Of a DNA stretch of 30,596 nt, positions 18,309-27,734 are shown one piece after another. Positions within the stretch are counted from its first letter, which is position 1; each line of letters opens with the position of its first letter. Both the position numbers and the translations under genes were made by a program. The notes under the pieces were generated by a model that ran no database searches, was not told the origin of the DNA, and saw only the letters and a list, made by a program, of their open reading frames with translations. This DNA comes from a candidate division WOR-3 bacterium (lineage in GTDB: Bacteria > Hydrothermota > Tepidihabitantia > Tepidihabitantales > CAIPLT01): NCBI GenBank assembly GCA_965649215.1, contig CBFGJZ010000015.1:7781-38376 (forward strand), in the 5' to 3' direction.

Positions 18309-19693
18309 TAGTATGCTCCTTGGCTATTAAATAAAACTTTTATTGTTTTTATCATAATCACTGCATCTAACCAAATTGTCCAATTCTTAACATAATACTC
18401 ATCAAGACGCATGCGTTCTTCAAAGGTTAACTGACTTCGACCAGAAACTTGCCATAAACCAGTAATACCAGGCCGCACTTTCGTAATAAGACTTATTTCC
18501 TTTCGTCTATTTTCAACTTCGTTTGGCAAATAAGGACGAGGTCCGACTAAACTCATCTCGCCTTTTATAACATTAAATAATTGTGGTAGTTCATCAAGAC
18601 TGCTTCTTCTTAAGAATTTACCAATCTTTGTAACCCGTGGGTCATTGGTTATTTTTAAATATCTTTCCCATTCAACTTTTGTATGGGGGTTTTGCTCAAA
18701 CAATTTTTCTAATCGTCGCTGCGCATCTAAATACATAGTTCGAAATTTATAACATCTAAATAATTTATTATCTTTGCCGACACGTTGTTGGATATGGAAA
18801 ATCGGTCCGGAACTTGATAATTTAATTAAAATTGAAATTATGATAAACAATGGAATACAAATTAGGATCATCAAAAAAGCAATCAATAAATCAAAGACTC
18901 TTTTACTAATTCTACTTTCTGTGCGTAACAAATTATAATGATATTTCATGAGCAAGATATCTTCTAATTGTTCAATCTCAACTCCGCTGATTTGTAATTG
19001 AGATAAAGCCGGAATCACAAAAAAATCTTCCACTTTGCCTTCTGCTTTTTCGTACACTTCTTTCAAAAGATTCTCCGTCATAACTTCAGCATCTACAATA
19101 ATACCGTTTATCTTATTGTTAACCAAAATATCGTTTAATTTTTCTTGATGCTTTATTAATGTTTGACTATCAAGATAAGCTACAACTTGATATCCTAAAT
19201 TAATCTGTTTACGAAAACGATGGGCAATTTTCTCTCTAATTTTCTCTGTGCCAATCACTAAAATATTCTTTTGCCAAATCTTTGTTTTATATAAAACACT
19301 TTTAGTTATTTTGCGTTGAATTGGCAATAATAGTAAATTTAACATAAAAGCTAAAATAACAATTGCTCGCGAAACGATAAAACTCTGAGTCATATAAAGA
19401 ATAATCATAATCAGCGCCGTTGCAACGAAATTACTTTTCCAAATCAGACGCATCTCTTCCCAAAACTCATATCGTTTATGATATAGACCTTCGTAACCGA
19501 TAATTAAAATGAAGACAAATACAATATAAAATCTTGAAATAAATATTTGGAATGGTAACGATTCAATAATTTCAGAAAAAAATAGCGAGAGAACTGGTTT
19601 TCGGATAAAATAAGCAACGAGATAAGAAATTGTGACGGTTATTGCATCTGCTAATACTAAGACAATCAATGATATTATTTTTTTATAATTCAT
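18308..19693 (-). CDS. Undecaprenyl-phosphate hexose-1-phosphate transferase (WbaP/WcaJ family)
   Basis: Four N-terminal TM segments, LVIG domain, KRVFD, KFRTM, DPRVTKIG, LDELPQ, MSLVGPRP, PGITGLWQVSGRS. Sugar specificity cannot be determined from sequence. Confidence 0.93.
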   Translation of the reverse strand: MNYKKIISLIVLVLADAITVTISYLVAYFIRKPVLSLFFSEIIESLPFQIFISRFYIVFVFILIIGYEGLYHKRYEFWEEMRLIWKSNFVATALIMIILYMTQSFIVSRAIVILAFMLNLLLLPIQRKITKSVLYKTKIWQKNILVIGTEKIREKIAHRFRKQINLGYQVVAYLDSQTLIKHQEKLNDILVNNKINGIIVDAEVMTENLLKEVYEKAEGKVEDFFVIPALSQLQISGVEIEQLEDILLMKYHYNLLRTESRISKRVFDLLIAFLMILICIPLFIIISILIKLSSSGPIFHIQQRVGKDNKLFRCYKFRTMYLDAQRRLEKLFEQNPHTKVEWERYLKITNDPRVTKIGKFLRRSSLDELPQLFNVIKGEMSLVGPRPYLPNEVENRRKEISLITKVRPGITGLWQVSGRSQLTFEERMRLDEYYVKNWTIWLDAVIMIKTIKVLFNSQGAY

Positions 19694-19730
19694 AACTAAC
19701 CTTGAATAAAATCCAAGGGTTACTTTATTA

Positions 19731-21206
19731 CTAACTTGTGATTGTCTTAATCAACTTTTTTTGGTGATTGAAGATATCGATCGTTAATTTGAGCGTGCCT
19801 AAACTATGTGAAGCACATCCAAAACATGGGTCATAAGCTCTGAAAAACATCTCCACCATATTCAAGACACCTTCATCCCATTGTGTCTTGTTTTGATTTG
19901 GTCTTATTAATTCTTTAGCAGCATTACGAATTGACATATTTATAACCCCATTGTTATTGGTTGTGGCAACAATCATATTTACTTTTTTAATTAATCGATC
20001 ATCAGTTAATTCATAATGATGGAACAAGGTACCCCGCGCCGCTTCAACAACGCCAATGCCGCTCTCTTGAAAATGAAAATCTAAATTCCGAATCTTAGTG
20101 CCGGTAATTTCTGAATCCGTAATTAATTCAATAGCTCGTTCAGTTGCATATAATAACTCAATCAATCGTGCCCAGTGAAATGCTAAAGTACTAGTCACGG
20201 GTTTGGTATGAAAAGTCTCATACATTATTTTGTATTCTTCGTTGGCTTTTGGTGTTGCCATACCGTCAGCCGCATTCAAACGACCTAAAGGACCAACTCG
20301 ATATAATCCTGAATCAGAACCTTCAGTTAATCCCTTGAAACCAATATCTTTTAAGTATGGTATTTTTACATAAGACCATTCAACAACTGCTTCACCTAAA
20401 TATTTTAGGTAATCTTGGGCTTGAAATTTTATGAATTCTTTTCCGTTTGGGTCAGTAACACGAATTAAACCATCATAAAAATTAACATTATTATTTTTAT
20501 CAACCATACCCATATTATAAACATTTAAACCTAATGCTGGATTAGTTATTAAACTCATATACTGGGGATTTTCAAGCACGATCTTATGGAATAAGTTTAA
20601 TGTTTTAAGGGCAAAATCATAACACGAACGAGCCATTTTTTCAATTTCAGCTCGTTCTTCTGCATTAAGACCTTTGCTAACACCGCCGGGTAGACCGCAA
20701 ACTGGATGCGTTGCTTTGCCACCTAATATCTCGGTAATTTTTTGTCCATATGCGCGATGTTTAATAACCTCACCAGCCAGTTCTAAACCGACTTTTTCAA
20801 TAACCCCTAATATATTTCTTTTCTCCTTCGGAGCAGTAGGACCAACTATAAAATCAGGTCCAGCTAAAAAATAAAAATGTAAGATATGATCGTAAATAAT
20901 ATAACCACAATAAGTCAATTCTCTTAACTCTTTAGCTAAAGTTGGCACTTCCACTCCAAATGCCATATCTAAAGCTTTCGTTGCTGCAAAATGATGTGCT
21001 ACTGGACAGACACCACAAATGCGTGATGTCAATTGCGGCATATCTTCAGCTTTACGACCTTCACAAAACTTTTCAAAACCTCTCAATTCGGGAACTTGTA
21101 GATAGCTTTCCTTTACTTCTCCTTTTTCATCTAAGAAAATCTCGATTTTACCATGTCCTTCTAATCTTGTAATTGGATCAATAGTAATTCTTTTTATATT
21201 TGACAT
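19731..21206 (-). CDS. mvhA: [NiFe] hydrogenase large subunit, group 3 (MvhA-like)
   Basis: TRLEGHG, RGFE, L1 motif [22 protein letters not shown]2 motif [12 protein letters not shown], followed by a 24-aa C-terminal extension. Confidence 0.85.
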   Translation of the reverse strand: MSNIKRITIDPITRLEGHGKIEIFLDEKGEVKESYLQVPELRGFEKFCEGRKAEDMPQLTSRICGVCPVAHHFAATKALDMAFGVEVPTLAKELRELTYCGYIIYDHILHFYFLAGPDFIVGPTAPKEKRNILGVIEKVGLELAGEVIKHRAYGQKITEILGGKATHPVCGLPGGVSKGLNAEERAEIEKMARSCYDFALKTLNLFHKIVLENPQYMSLITNPALGLNVYNMGMVDKNNNVNFYDGLIRVTDPNGKEFIKFQAQDYLKYLGEAVVEWSYVKIPYLKDIGFKGLTEGSDSGLYRVGPLGRLNAADGMATPKANEEYKIMYETFHTKPVTSTLAFHWARLIELLYATERAIELITDSEITGTKIRNLDFHFQESGIGVVEAARGTLFHHYELTDDRLIKKVNMIVATTNNNGVINMSIRNAAKELIRPNQNKTQWDEGVLNMVEMFFRAYDPCFGCASHSLGTLKLTIDIFNHQKKLIKTITS

Positions 21207-21210
21207 ATGC

Positions 21211-22200
21211 TTATCTCTTTTTCTTATTAATAATTGCGGCAGCTAAGCCATACATGTAAAAAGTCCCAACTGGGTCTTTAATCTTAGCCGTTAATTTTAA
21301 AACATCTTCTTCACTTAATTTCTTTTCTTCATCAATCTTAAGAATCGAACCGATAGCGCTAATCATCTTTGCGCCTTGATCTAATACTTCAGGAATCGGT
21401 CCTAGGCAACCTGTACAAGGCCAATTGCCATTAATACAACGGGTTTGACAGCCACTTCTAGTTGCAGGTCCCATACAGATAATGCCTTGTTCTAAAAAAC
21501 ATTTTTTATTGTCGGCTTCGATTTCATATATTCGTTTTATATCCGGCATTCTTTTATGTTCACTGGTATTACGAACACACTCATCACAAAGTGCTTTAAT
21601 CGGAGCTAATACCGTTCCTTTCTCGGGCAATTTATTATTAGCAATCACGTCAATTGCATTAGTTATCAATTGTACTGGAGGTGGACACCCTGGCAAGTAA
21701 TAATCAACATCAACAACTCGATTCAAGGGTCGCACTTCATCATAAAATTCCGGAATTGTCAATTCACCTTCTATAACTTGTGATTTCACTTTCGGCATTT
21801 TATTATCAGTATTAACTGTGGAAGCTGTATCTTGATAAACAGTTTTTAAGATTGCTTCTTTACTATGTAAATTAGCCAAACCGGGAATACAACCATGATG
21901 CGCACACGAACCAAATGCAATTAAAACTTTTGCTTTTTTACGCAGTAATTTAGCTAAATGTTCTTGTTCAGAATTACGTACCGAGCCGTTAAAAAAGCAC
22001 ACATCCATATAATTGTCAGGAAAATTTTCCACATCGTTGTATTTTACATCCATTGCCACAGGCCAGAAAACAATATCAGCAAGATTTATCACATCCAAGA
22101 TTTTTTCGTTTAAATCAAGGACTGCGATCTCGCAACCTCCACAAGATGCTGCCCAATAAAAACCAAATTTTAATTTATTATTTGATTGTTTACTCGTCAT
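21211..22200 (-). CDS. mvhG: [NiFe] hydrogenase small subunit (MvhG-like)
   Basis: SCGGCE, GSC, PGCPP proximal cluster ligands; CDEC...KCF...ICMGP...C...C...PCTGC medial and distal ligands; no Tat signal. Confidence 0.85.
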   Translation of the reverse strand: MTSKQSNNKLKFGFYWAASCGGCEIAVLDLNEKILDVINLADIVFWPVAMDVKYNDVENFPDNYMDVCFFNGSVRNSEQEHLAKLLRKKAKVLIAFGSCAHHGCIPGLANLHSKEAILKTVYQDTASTVNTDNKMPKVKSQVIEGELTIPEFYDEVRPLNRVVDVDYYLPGCPPPVQLITNAIDVIANNKLPEKGTVLAPIKALCDECVRNTSEHKRMPDIKRIYEIEADNKKCFLEQGIICMGPATRSGCQTRCINGNWPCTGCLGPIPEVLDQGAKMISAIGSILKIDEEKKLSEEDVLKLTAKIKDPVGTFYMYGLAAAIINKKKR

Positions 22201-22209
22201 AAGATTAAA

Positions 22210-22238
22210 ATATTATCAGAAATATCTAAAAGTGTCAA
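22210..22238 (-). promoter_or_regulatory. Putative near-leaderless promoter for the hydrogenase genes
   Basis: Minus-strand TTGACA, 17-nt spacer, TAATAT, then 9 nt to ATG 22200; no SD. Confidence 0.6.
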
Positions 22239-22628
22239 TATGACTTAATTACCTAATTTTTTCTTAAGTAAGATGAATCCCTATCTCCTTTAAAGTTCTA
22301 ACCCAAATATCTCTTTGCTCGTGCTCTCCTATTTGACATTGTAATTCTATACTCATAAGCTTAAACTTTATCTGCCCACTTAGCAAATTAACTCTCTTCT
22401 AATTTTCTATCCGATTAAAATTGATAATTAACTATCTTCATTTGAATTATAGAATGAAACATAGAAGTTTCAGAACTGAAAAACCTATAAGGTGGAGGGG
22501 ATACCTCCCCTTAGAAGCAAATTTATAAATACAGTTTCGTAATTAACCGTTGATAATCAAAGACTTATTTTCTAAATCAAAATAATATTCAACTTCAAAA
22601 TTTTGTTACAAGGTTGTAACATTTTAGC

Positions 22629-23258
22629 TTATTTGATAATACCCAACCAATCTCTTAATAAGAATGTTAAACGTCCAATGAGTAAGGAAATACGTGCCAT
22701 TACCGTATAGCCAAACGAAGCACCAAATCCGAGCATAATGAAAATTATACCTGTATAAGACAATGGTTTAAAAATACCTTTACGCTCTTTTGAGAAGAAG
22801 AAATAACTAATGGTTGCAATTACACCTATTAATATTACTACCGCCCAGATTCCGTTATAGAGATAAAGAAAACTTCCCCTGGTCACAATTGTTGCTCGTA
22901 CTTGTTCAACGATTGAAGCGTCAATCGCTCGAGGAATTGAAGCACCTGCTCCATAACCCATTACAACTGCAATCGGAATTCGAACCAGCCAGGAAATTTT
23001 TGGAATAAAACGAGTAAAATACAAAGCGCCAATAATCGCAATTGCAATCAACCACAAACGTTGTCCATGGGCAATCGGATCAATCAAAGCTGGAACTAAA
23101 ACCCGATGCCACACAAAAGTAATTGAATAGCCGTTAGAGATACCGACGAATAAATGTTCGCAAATCCGATAGAATGGATTTTCTTTATATAAGAATGAAA
23201 AAATTCCTAAAGTTAAAATCGCACTTATCCAAATCCAAGGGTTAGTTGAAACGGTCAT
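22629..23258 (-). CDS. Uncharacterised polytopic membrane protein (4th gene of the DUF6754-like module)
   Basis: About six hydrophobic segments; SFLYKENPFYRICEHLFVG and FGASFGYTVMARISLL; GGAGG SD and ATGA overlap with the upstream gene. Confidence 0.85.
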   Translation of the reverse strand: MTVSTNPWIWISAILTLGIFSFLYKENPFYRICEHLFVGISNGYSITFVWHRVLVPALIDPIAHGQRLWLIAIAIIGALYFTRFIPKISWLVRIPIAVVMGYGAGASIPRAIDASIVEQVRATIVTRGSFLYLYNGIWAVVILIGVIATISYFFFSKERKGIFKPLSYTGIIFIMLGFGASFGYTVMARISLLIGRLTFLLRDWLGIIK

Positions 23259-24148
23259 TTTTTCCTCCTGCGCATAACAAAATAACCAATATTACCAATA
23301 ATAATTGTCACCATAATCCAGATATGAGCAGCAGTTTGAGATGACATTGCATCCGTTGCCTTTCTCCGACCATAGACATGACAACGCTCTTCCACCAATT
23401 GTTCATATTCGGCACCGCCTTTCATTCCCGACATCATTCCTGTCACTTGTCCGGAATTAAGATACGGATAAAAATCTGCAGCTTGCACAGCTGTAGAACC
23501 AGCCCCAATTTTTACACCAAACGAAGTTTGAGCATAAGTAATATAATAAAATGGAATTGCACTTCCCGCAATTGAAACTAAAATTGCGACATCATTATAA
23601 TTCTTAATCGTCTTCATCACAGGCAAAGTATCGGTTTTATTGCCATAGTAATCAACTGGAAAAACTTTAGCGATATTTTCACCCATCCCCATAATAGGCA
23701 CTAAAACCGGTGTCTGCCAACCCCAGAACACATAATCACGACCATAAATGATACTATCTTCATAGGTTAAGGCTCGGCTATTAAACTCGTTAGTCACCGT
23801 CGTAATCGCATCTTGTGCTAATCCCAACCCCAGTAAAGAAATACATAAAATCCCCACTTTCACCCGTCGCGCAAACGCATGCCTTAGTAAAGCAATCGAC
23901 ATCGGATGCAATTCAGGCTCTGTATCTGGTGTGTAATCAACAGAAATCACTAAACACTTATCATCAGGAATCGTATCAATATAGTTAAACAATTTTTCTA
24001 CGGGGGGCATTGCTTTGGGTCTTAACTTAAATGGAAAAATCAACGGAATCACCACCACTAACAATAAAAGTAAATAAATGACCCTTCGATCTATTTTCGC
24101 TAATCGTTCCCAACCAGTCATTTTTATATTTTTATCGTTATCCGTCAT
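23255..24148 (-). CDS. Uncharacterised membrane protein, TM-alpha/beta-TM (3rd gene of the module, about 297 aa)
   Basis: Start moved to ATG 24148 because of AGGAGG SD and ATGA overlap with the upstream stop. Motif YPYLNSGQVTGMMSGMKGGAEYE; C-terminal RRRKK. Confidence 0.85.
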   Translation of the reverse strand: MTDNDKNIKMTGWERLAKIDRRVIYLLLLLVVVIPLIFPFKLRPKAMPPVEKLFNYIDTIPDDKCLVISVDYTPDTEPELHPMSIALLRHAFARRVKVGILCISLLGLGLAQDAITTVTNEFNSRALTYEDSIIYGRDYVFWGWQTPVLVPIMGMGENIAKVFPVDYYGNKTDTLPVMKTIKNYNDVAILVSIAGSAIPFYYITYAQTSFGVKIGAGSTAVQAADFYPYLNSGQVTGMMSGMKGGAEYEQLVEERCHVYGRRKATDAMSSQTAAHIWIMVTIIIGNIGYFVMRRRKK

Positions 24149-24804
24149 TTTGTCCCTCCTAACCAACCACGTTCAATACCCAGAATAATCTTGAGCGAAG
24201 TCGCTAACGAACCAAGCGCAATACCAAATCCCATTCCCCGTTTAGCTGCGGTGTTGGGTACCGTTAAAATCCATTCTGCAAATCCTGGTAATTTTGGTAA
24301 AAGATAACTACTTAAAGGCACGGAACCCAACATCATAATAAACGCTGCAACTAAAAGCAAAGTTGCTTCAAAGTTGCGAGCTCGAAATGCTCGATATGCT
24401 GCTGAAGCCATAAAAAATGATAGCATTGCAAACATTGTTGCACCCAACGGAATTGCCATATACATATAGATGGTCTGAATATCAAAATGAAAATTACCGA
24501 TTCTTGTTGGTAACCGGCCGGTTCCTTCAATGCCTCCAAATAAGCCAATTATTGAAGTAGCAACTAAACTAATTAAAAGAATCCAACTATACTCCCAATT
24601 TTCCCGCTTATGCTGGATTTTATACAGATGATGACGAATGATACTACCAACACCTAATACCAATGAAAATGCCGCAATAATTCGTAATACTGAATTCCGA
24701 AACTCATTATCAAAATTTTGAGCAATACTATGAGGAATAATAAAAGGTAAAGCGCCTAAAATACCCGTAACTAAAACTAAAAAAAGTGGTAATCTAATCT
24801 TCAT
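24145..24804 (-). CDS. Uncharacterised polytopic membrane protein (2nd gene of the module)
   Basis: About six hydrophobic segments; FFMASAAYRAFRAR and PNTAAKRG...ILGIER; AAGGAG SD. Confidence 0.85.
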   Translation of the reverse strand: MKIRLPLFLVLVTGILGALPFIIPHSIAQNFDNEFRNSVLRIIAAFSLVLGVGSIIRHHLYKIQHKRENWEYSWILLISLVATSIIGLFGGIEGTGRLPTRIGNFHFDIQTIYMYMAIPLGATMFAMLSFFMASAAYRAFRARNFEATLLLVAAFIMMLGSVPLSSYLLPKLPGFAEWILTVPNTAAKRGMGFGIALGSLATSLKIILGIERGWLGGTK

Positions 24805-24816
24805 ATAACTCCTTAA

Positions 24817-26271
24817 TTAAAAGATATTTAAAACTTGTAAATTTGTTAATAAGCCGATTAAAGTCGCAATAATTAAAATACCCACGATAATTGCTTTTCC
24901 CCAATCCTGACCGATTAAACCCCCTAATAATAATGGTTCTCGGGATAGATAAGCTGATGCTGCATATAACTCTTCACCCATTAAAGTATAATCGCAAGCT
25001 ACAATGAAAAATGGCAATTGCATCACGGAATCGGTTCCGGCAATTTGTACTGCACCCGTTGATGCGCCGGTTTCTGCCAAAATTAATGCTTCAGCATAGA
25101 AATAACCCATAAAGAAATTAGTGGCTGGTCGTTCGCGCGTCATTATACCATCAACTGCTGCTGCATATGCAAATTGACTATCGGTCACAAAATAGACAGA
25201 ATCCGCTTTAAATGCATCAGGACGACCTGCTTGAGTATATGCTTCTTTAACAACTTCTTGAGCTACGGTATAAACAATTGGATCAGTATTGGGCACAATT
25301 AACTGCGAATCATAAGTAGCAATTTTTTTGGCAACTTCACCTAAAATATTCATCGCTGCTATTGTTGCAACATCACTAATACCTGTCAAACCTGGCACAT
25401 AAAGAATTGGTTTTCCCATTTCAGTTGCACGACCAACTGCTTCATCAACGGCTAAAAGACCCGCGATTTTCCGTACAAAAAGATTTGCACCTTTTTTTGC
25501 GCGATTAATGTAATATATAATAAGAAAAGTAAATATCAGCGTGAATATTACGACATTAAATCTTTCTGTATGAAACCACTGTTGTTTTGAAGATACGAAG
25601 TCTGACCATTCTGATGCTGCTGATTCTAAATCCTGCACTGCTAATATCTGATAAGCATATTTTACACCGTCAATCGTGTTTTCATCAATAAATTGATTAC
25701 GACCAGAACCAATAAACCCGACCTGAGTTATGCTTGAAGTGATAATTTTTAATACAACTCGACGATTTCGCCAATATTCTAAAGAATCTTGTGTTACTAA
25801 ATTTTTCTCACCATAACTAATAATACTTATATTAGATGTATCTAATCCTGCGCGTTTAAAATAATTTTGAACTGATTTTGCACGCTTTAGACCAAGAGCA
25901 ACATTATAATCTGAATTACCAATTGGGCAGGTATATCCTTCTAGTAGACATTTATAGTCTTCAGTAATTTTTAAATCTTGTATAATAGCACTAAGCATAT
26001 TTACATCAGATGGTTGAATATCAAAACTATTAAAATCAAAATATATCGTTTTCGATATTACTGAAGAAGAATCTTTTACTTTTCTTAGTATTTTATAACC
26101 TTCTAAAAATTGATCGGATACGGATAACTGCCAGTTAATGATTATTTTACCACCTGCATCATTTGGTGCATCTTTAGCAATTACTTTTGTCGGTGGTTCA
26201 ATATTGTTAGCAAATATCGGTATTACATTTATCAATATGAATATAACGAATAGTGATATTTTAAACTTCAT
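24817..26271 (-). CDS. Signal peptide + FN3 domain with inserted OmpA/Pal-like domain + DUF6754-like membrane domain (1st gene of the module)
   Basis: IYFDFNS...EGYT...YNVALGLKRA...SYGE...NRRV is OmpA-C-like; WQLS...GYKILR and FID...YAYQI are FN3 strands; GRATEMGKP...AEALILAETG...GEELYAASAYLS is recalled as DUF6754 and needs HMM confirmation. Confidence 0.8.
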   Translation of the reverse strand: MKFKISLFVIFILINVIPIFANNIEPPTKVIAKDAPNDAGGKIIINWQLSVSDQFLEGYKILRKVKDSSSVISKTIYFDFNSFDIQPSDVNMLSAIIQDLKITEDYKCLLEGYTCPIGNSDYNVALGLKRAKSVQNYFKRAGLDTSNISIISYGEKNLVTQDSLEYWRNRRVVLKIITSSITQVGFIGSGRNQFIDENTIDGVKYAYQILAVQDLESAASEWSDFVSSKQQWFHTERFNVVIFTLIFTFLIIYYINRAKKGANLFVRKIAGLLAVDEAVGRATEMGKPILYVPGLTGISDVATIAAMNILGEVAKKIATYDSQLIVPNTDPIVYTVAQEVVKEAYTQAGRPDAFKADSVYFVTDSQFAYAAAVDGIMTRERPATNFFMGYFYAEALILAETGASTGAVQIAGTDSVMQLPFFIVACDYTLMGEELYAASAYLSREPLLLGGLIGQDWGKAIIVGILIIATLIGLLTNLQVLNIF

Positions 26272-26286
26272 AAATATTTCCTTTCG

Positions 26287-27723
26287 TTACCTATTTCCTT
26301 TATACTTAATTCGTTCTTTTTCTAATTTTATAATTTCGTTCTTTTTAAGACCCGTTGGATATTCACCAGTAAAGCAGGCGGTGCAAAACTTTTGCCCTTT
26401 TTTATTTCCTGCTATTGCTTGACACATATCTTCTAACGACTGATAAATTAACGCATCCGCACCAATCATCTTTTTTATTTGAGCGATGGAACAATTTTTG
26501 GCGATAAATTCTCCTCTGGTCATCATATCAATGCCATAAACACATGGATATCGCAAAGGTGGACAAGTTACCGCATAATAAACTGCTTTTGCTCCTGCTT
26601 TACGCACCAAAGCCACGATCTCTTTAGCGGTTGTCCCACGCACAATACTATCATCAACTAACAGTACTCTTTTATCTTTAATAACACTTTTAACTGGATT
26701 CAGTTTCTGCCGCACTGAATTTTTCCTTAATCGTTGGTTGGCCATAATAAAAGTACGACCAATATAATAATTTTTAATCAAACCCTCCTTTTGTTCCACT
26801 TTCAAAATTTTAGCAATCGCTGTTGCTGCTCCCCTTCCTGAATCAGGAATCGGAATTATCACATCAGGTTTGATTTTAGCTTTTAGACACGCTCGTCCCA
26901 GCCTTTCTCCTAATCTTAATCTAGCTTCGTAAACCTCAATATCATCTAAAACAGAATCTGGTCGAGCAAAATAAACATATTCAAAAATGCACGGGTGAGC
27001 TGGTTTGCAATCGATAACTTTGGTGTGTAGTTTTCGTTTTGTATCGATATAGACAACTTCGCCAGCTTTAATATCACGAACAAAATTATAATCCAAAAGA
27101 TCCAACACCACACTTTCAGATGCAACAATATAGTTATTACCTTTTTTACCTAAACATAAAGGTTTAATACCATAACGATCACGAAATGCAAAAAGCCCAT
27201 AATTTGCAATCATTCCGACAACTGAATAACTACCTTCAACTCGTTCAAAGACACCCGCCACTGCTTTTATCAAAGTGTCAAACGAAAAATTGTGTAACGA
27301 TTGTAATGATAACTCATCAGCAAAAACATTGAGAATTACTTCTACATCAGAATAAGAAATCAATTGTCGGAAACACTTTTTTGTTAATTCTTCTCGTAAT
27401 TCAGCATAGTTTGTAATATTCCCATTATGAGCCATCGCGATTCCAAACGGAGCATTAATAATAAAGGGTTGCGCATCTTCAAGTTGTCCGGGACCAACTG
27501 TTGGATAACGAGTATGGCCAATTCCTATATGTCCCCGCAAACGGGCAAGATTTTTCTCGTTAAAAACTTTATTAACCAAACCATTGCCCTTTTTTAAATG
27601 AAAGGTATTATTATAAGTGACAATTCCCGCTGAATCTTGACCCCGATGTTGAAGAGCAATTAATCCTGCATAAAGTTCTTGCACCACATTTTTGTTTGCA
27701 TAAATACCAATAATTCCGCACAT
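26287..27723 (-). CDS. purF: Amidophosphoribosyltransferase (Fe-S type, no propeptide)
   Basis: MCGI nucleophile, LQHRGQDSAG, GHTRY, HNGN, CIFEYVYFARPDS, VDDSIVRGTT, CTACFTGEYP. Confidence 0.97.
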   Translation of the reverse strand: MCGIIGIYANKNVVQELYAGLIALQHRGQDSAGIVTYNNTFHLKKGNGLVNKVFNEKNLARLRGHIGIGHTRYPTVGPGQLEDAQPFIINAPFGIAMAHNGNITNYAELREELTKKCFRQLISYSDVEVILNVFADELSLQSLHNFSFDTLIKAVAGVFERVEGSYSVVGMIANYGLFAFRDRYGIKPLCLGKKGNNYIVASESVVLDLLDYNFVRDIKAGEVVYIDTKRKLHTKVIDCKPAHPCIFEYVYFARPDSVLDDIEVYEARLRLGERLGRACLKAKIKPDVIIPIPDSGRGAATAIAKILKVEQKEGLIKNYYIGRTFIMANQRLRKNSVRQKLNPVKSVIKDKRVLLVDDSIVRGTTAKEIVALVRKAGAKAVYYAVTCPPLRYPCVYGIDMMTRGEFIAKNCSIAQIKKMIGADALIYQSLEDMCQAIAGNKKGQKFCTACFTGEYPTGLKKNEIIKLEKERIKYKGNR

Positions 27724-27734
27724 AATAAAAAATT

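Noticed and set aside
19800-19840. Selenocysteine ([NiFeSe]) hydrogenase
   Set aside because: The L2 motif is DPCFGC with ordinary TGT Cys codons and no in-frame TGA.
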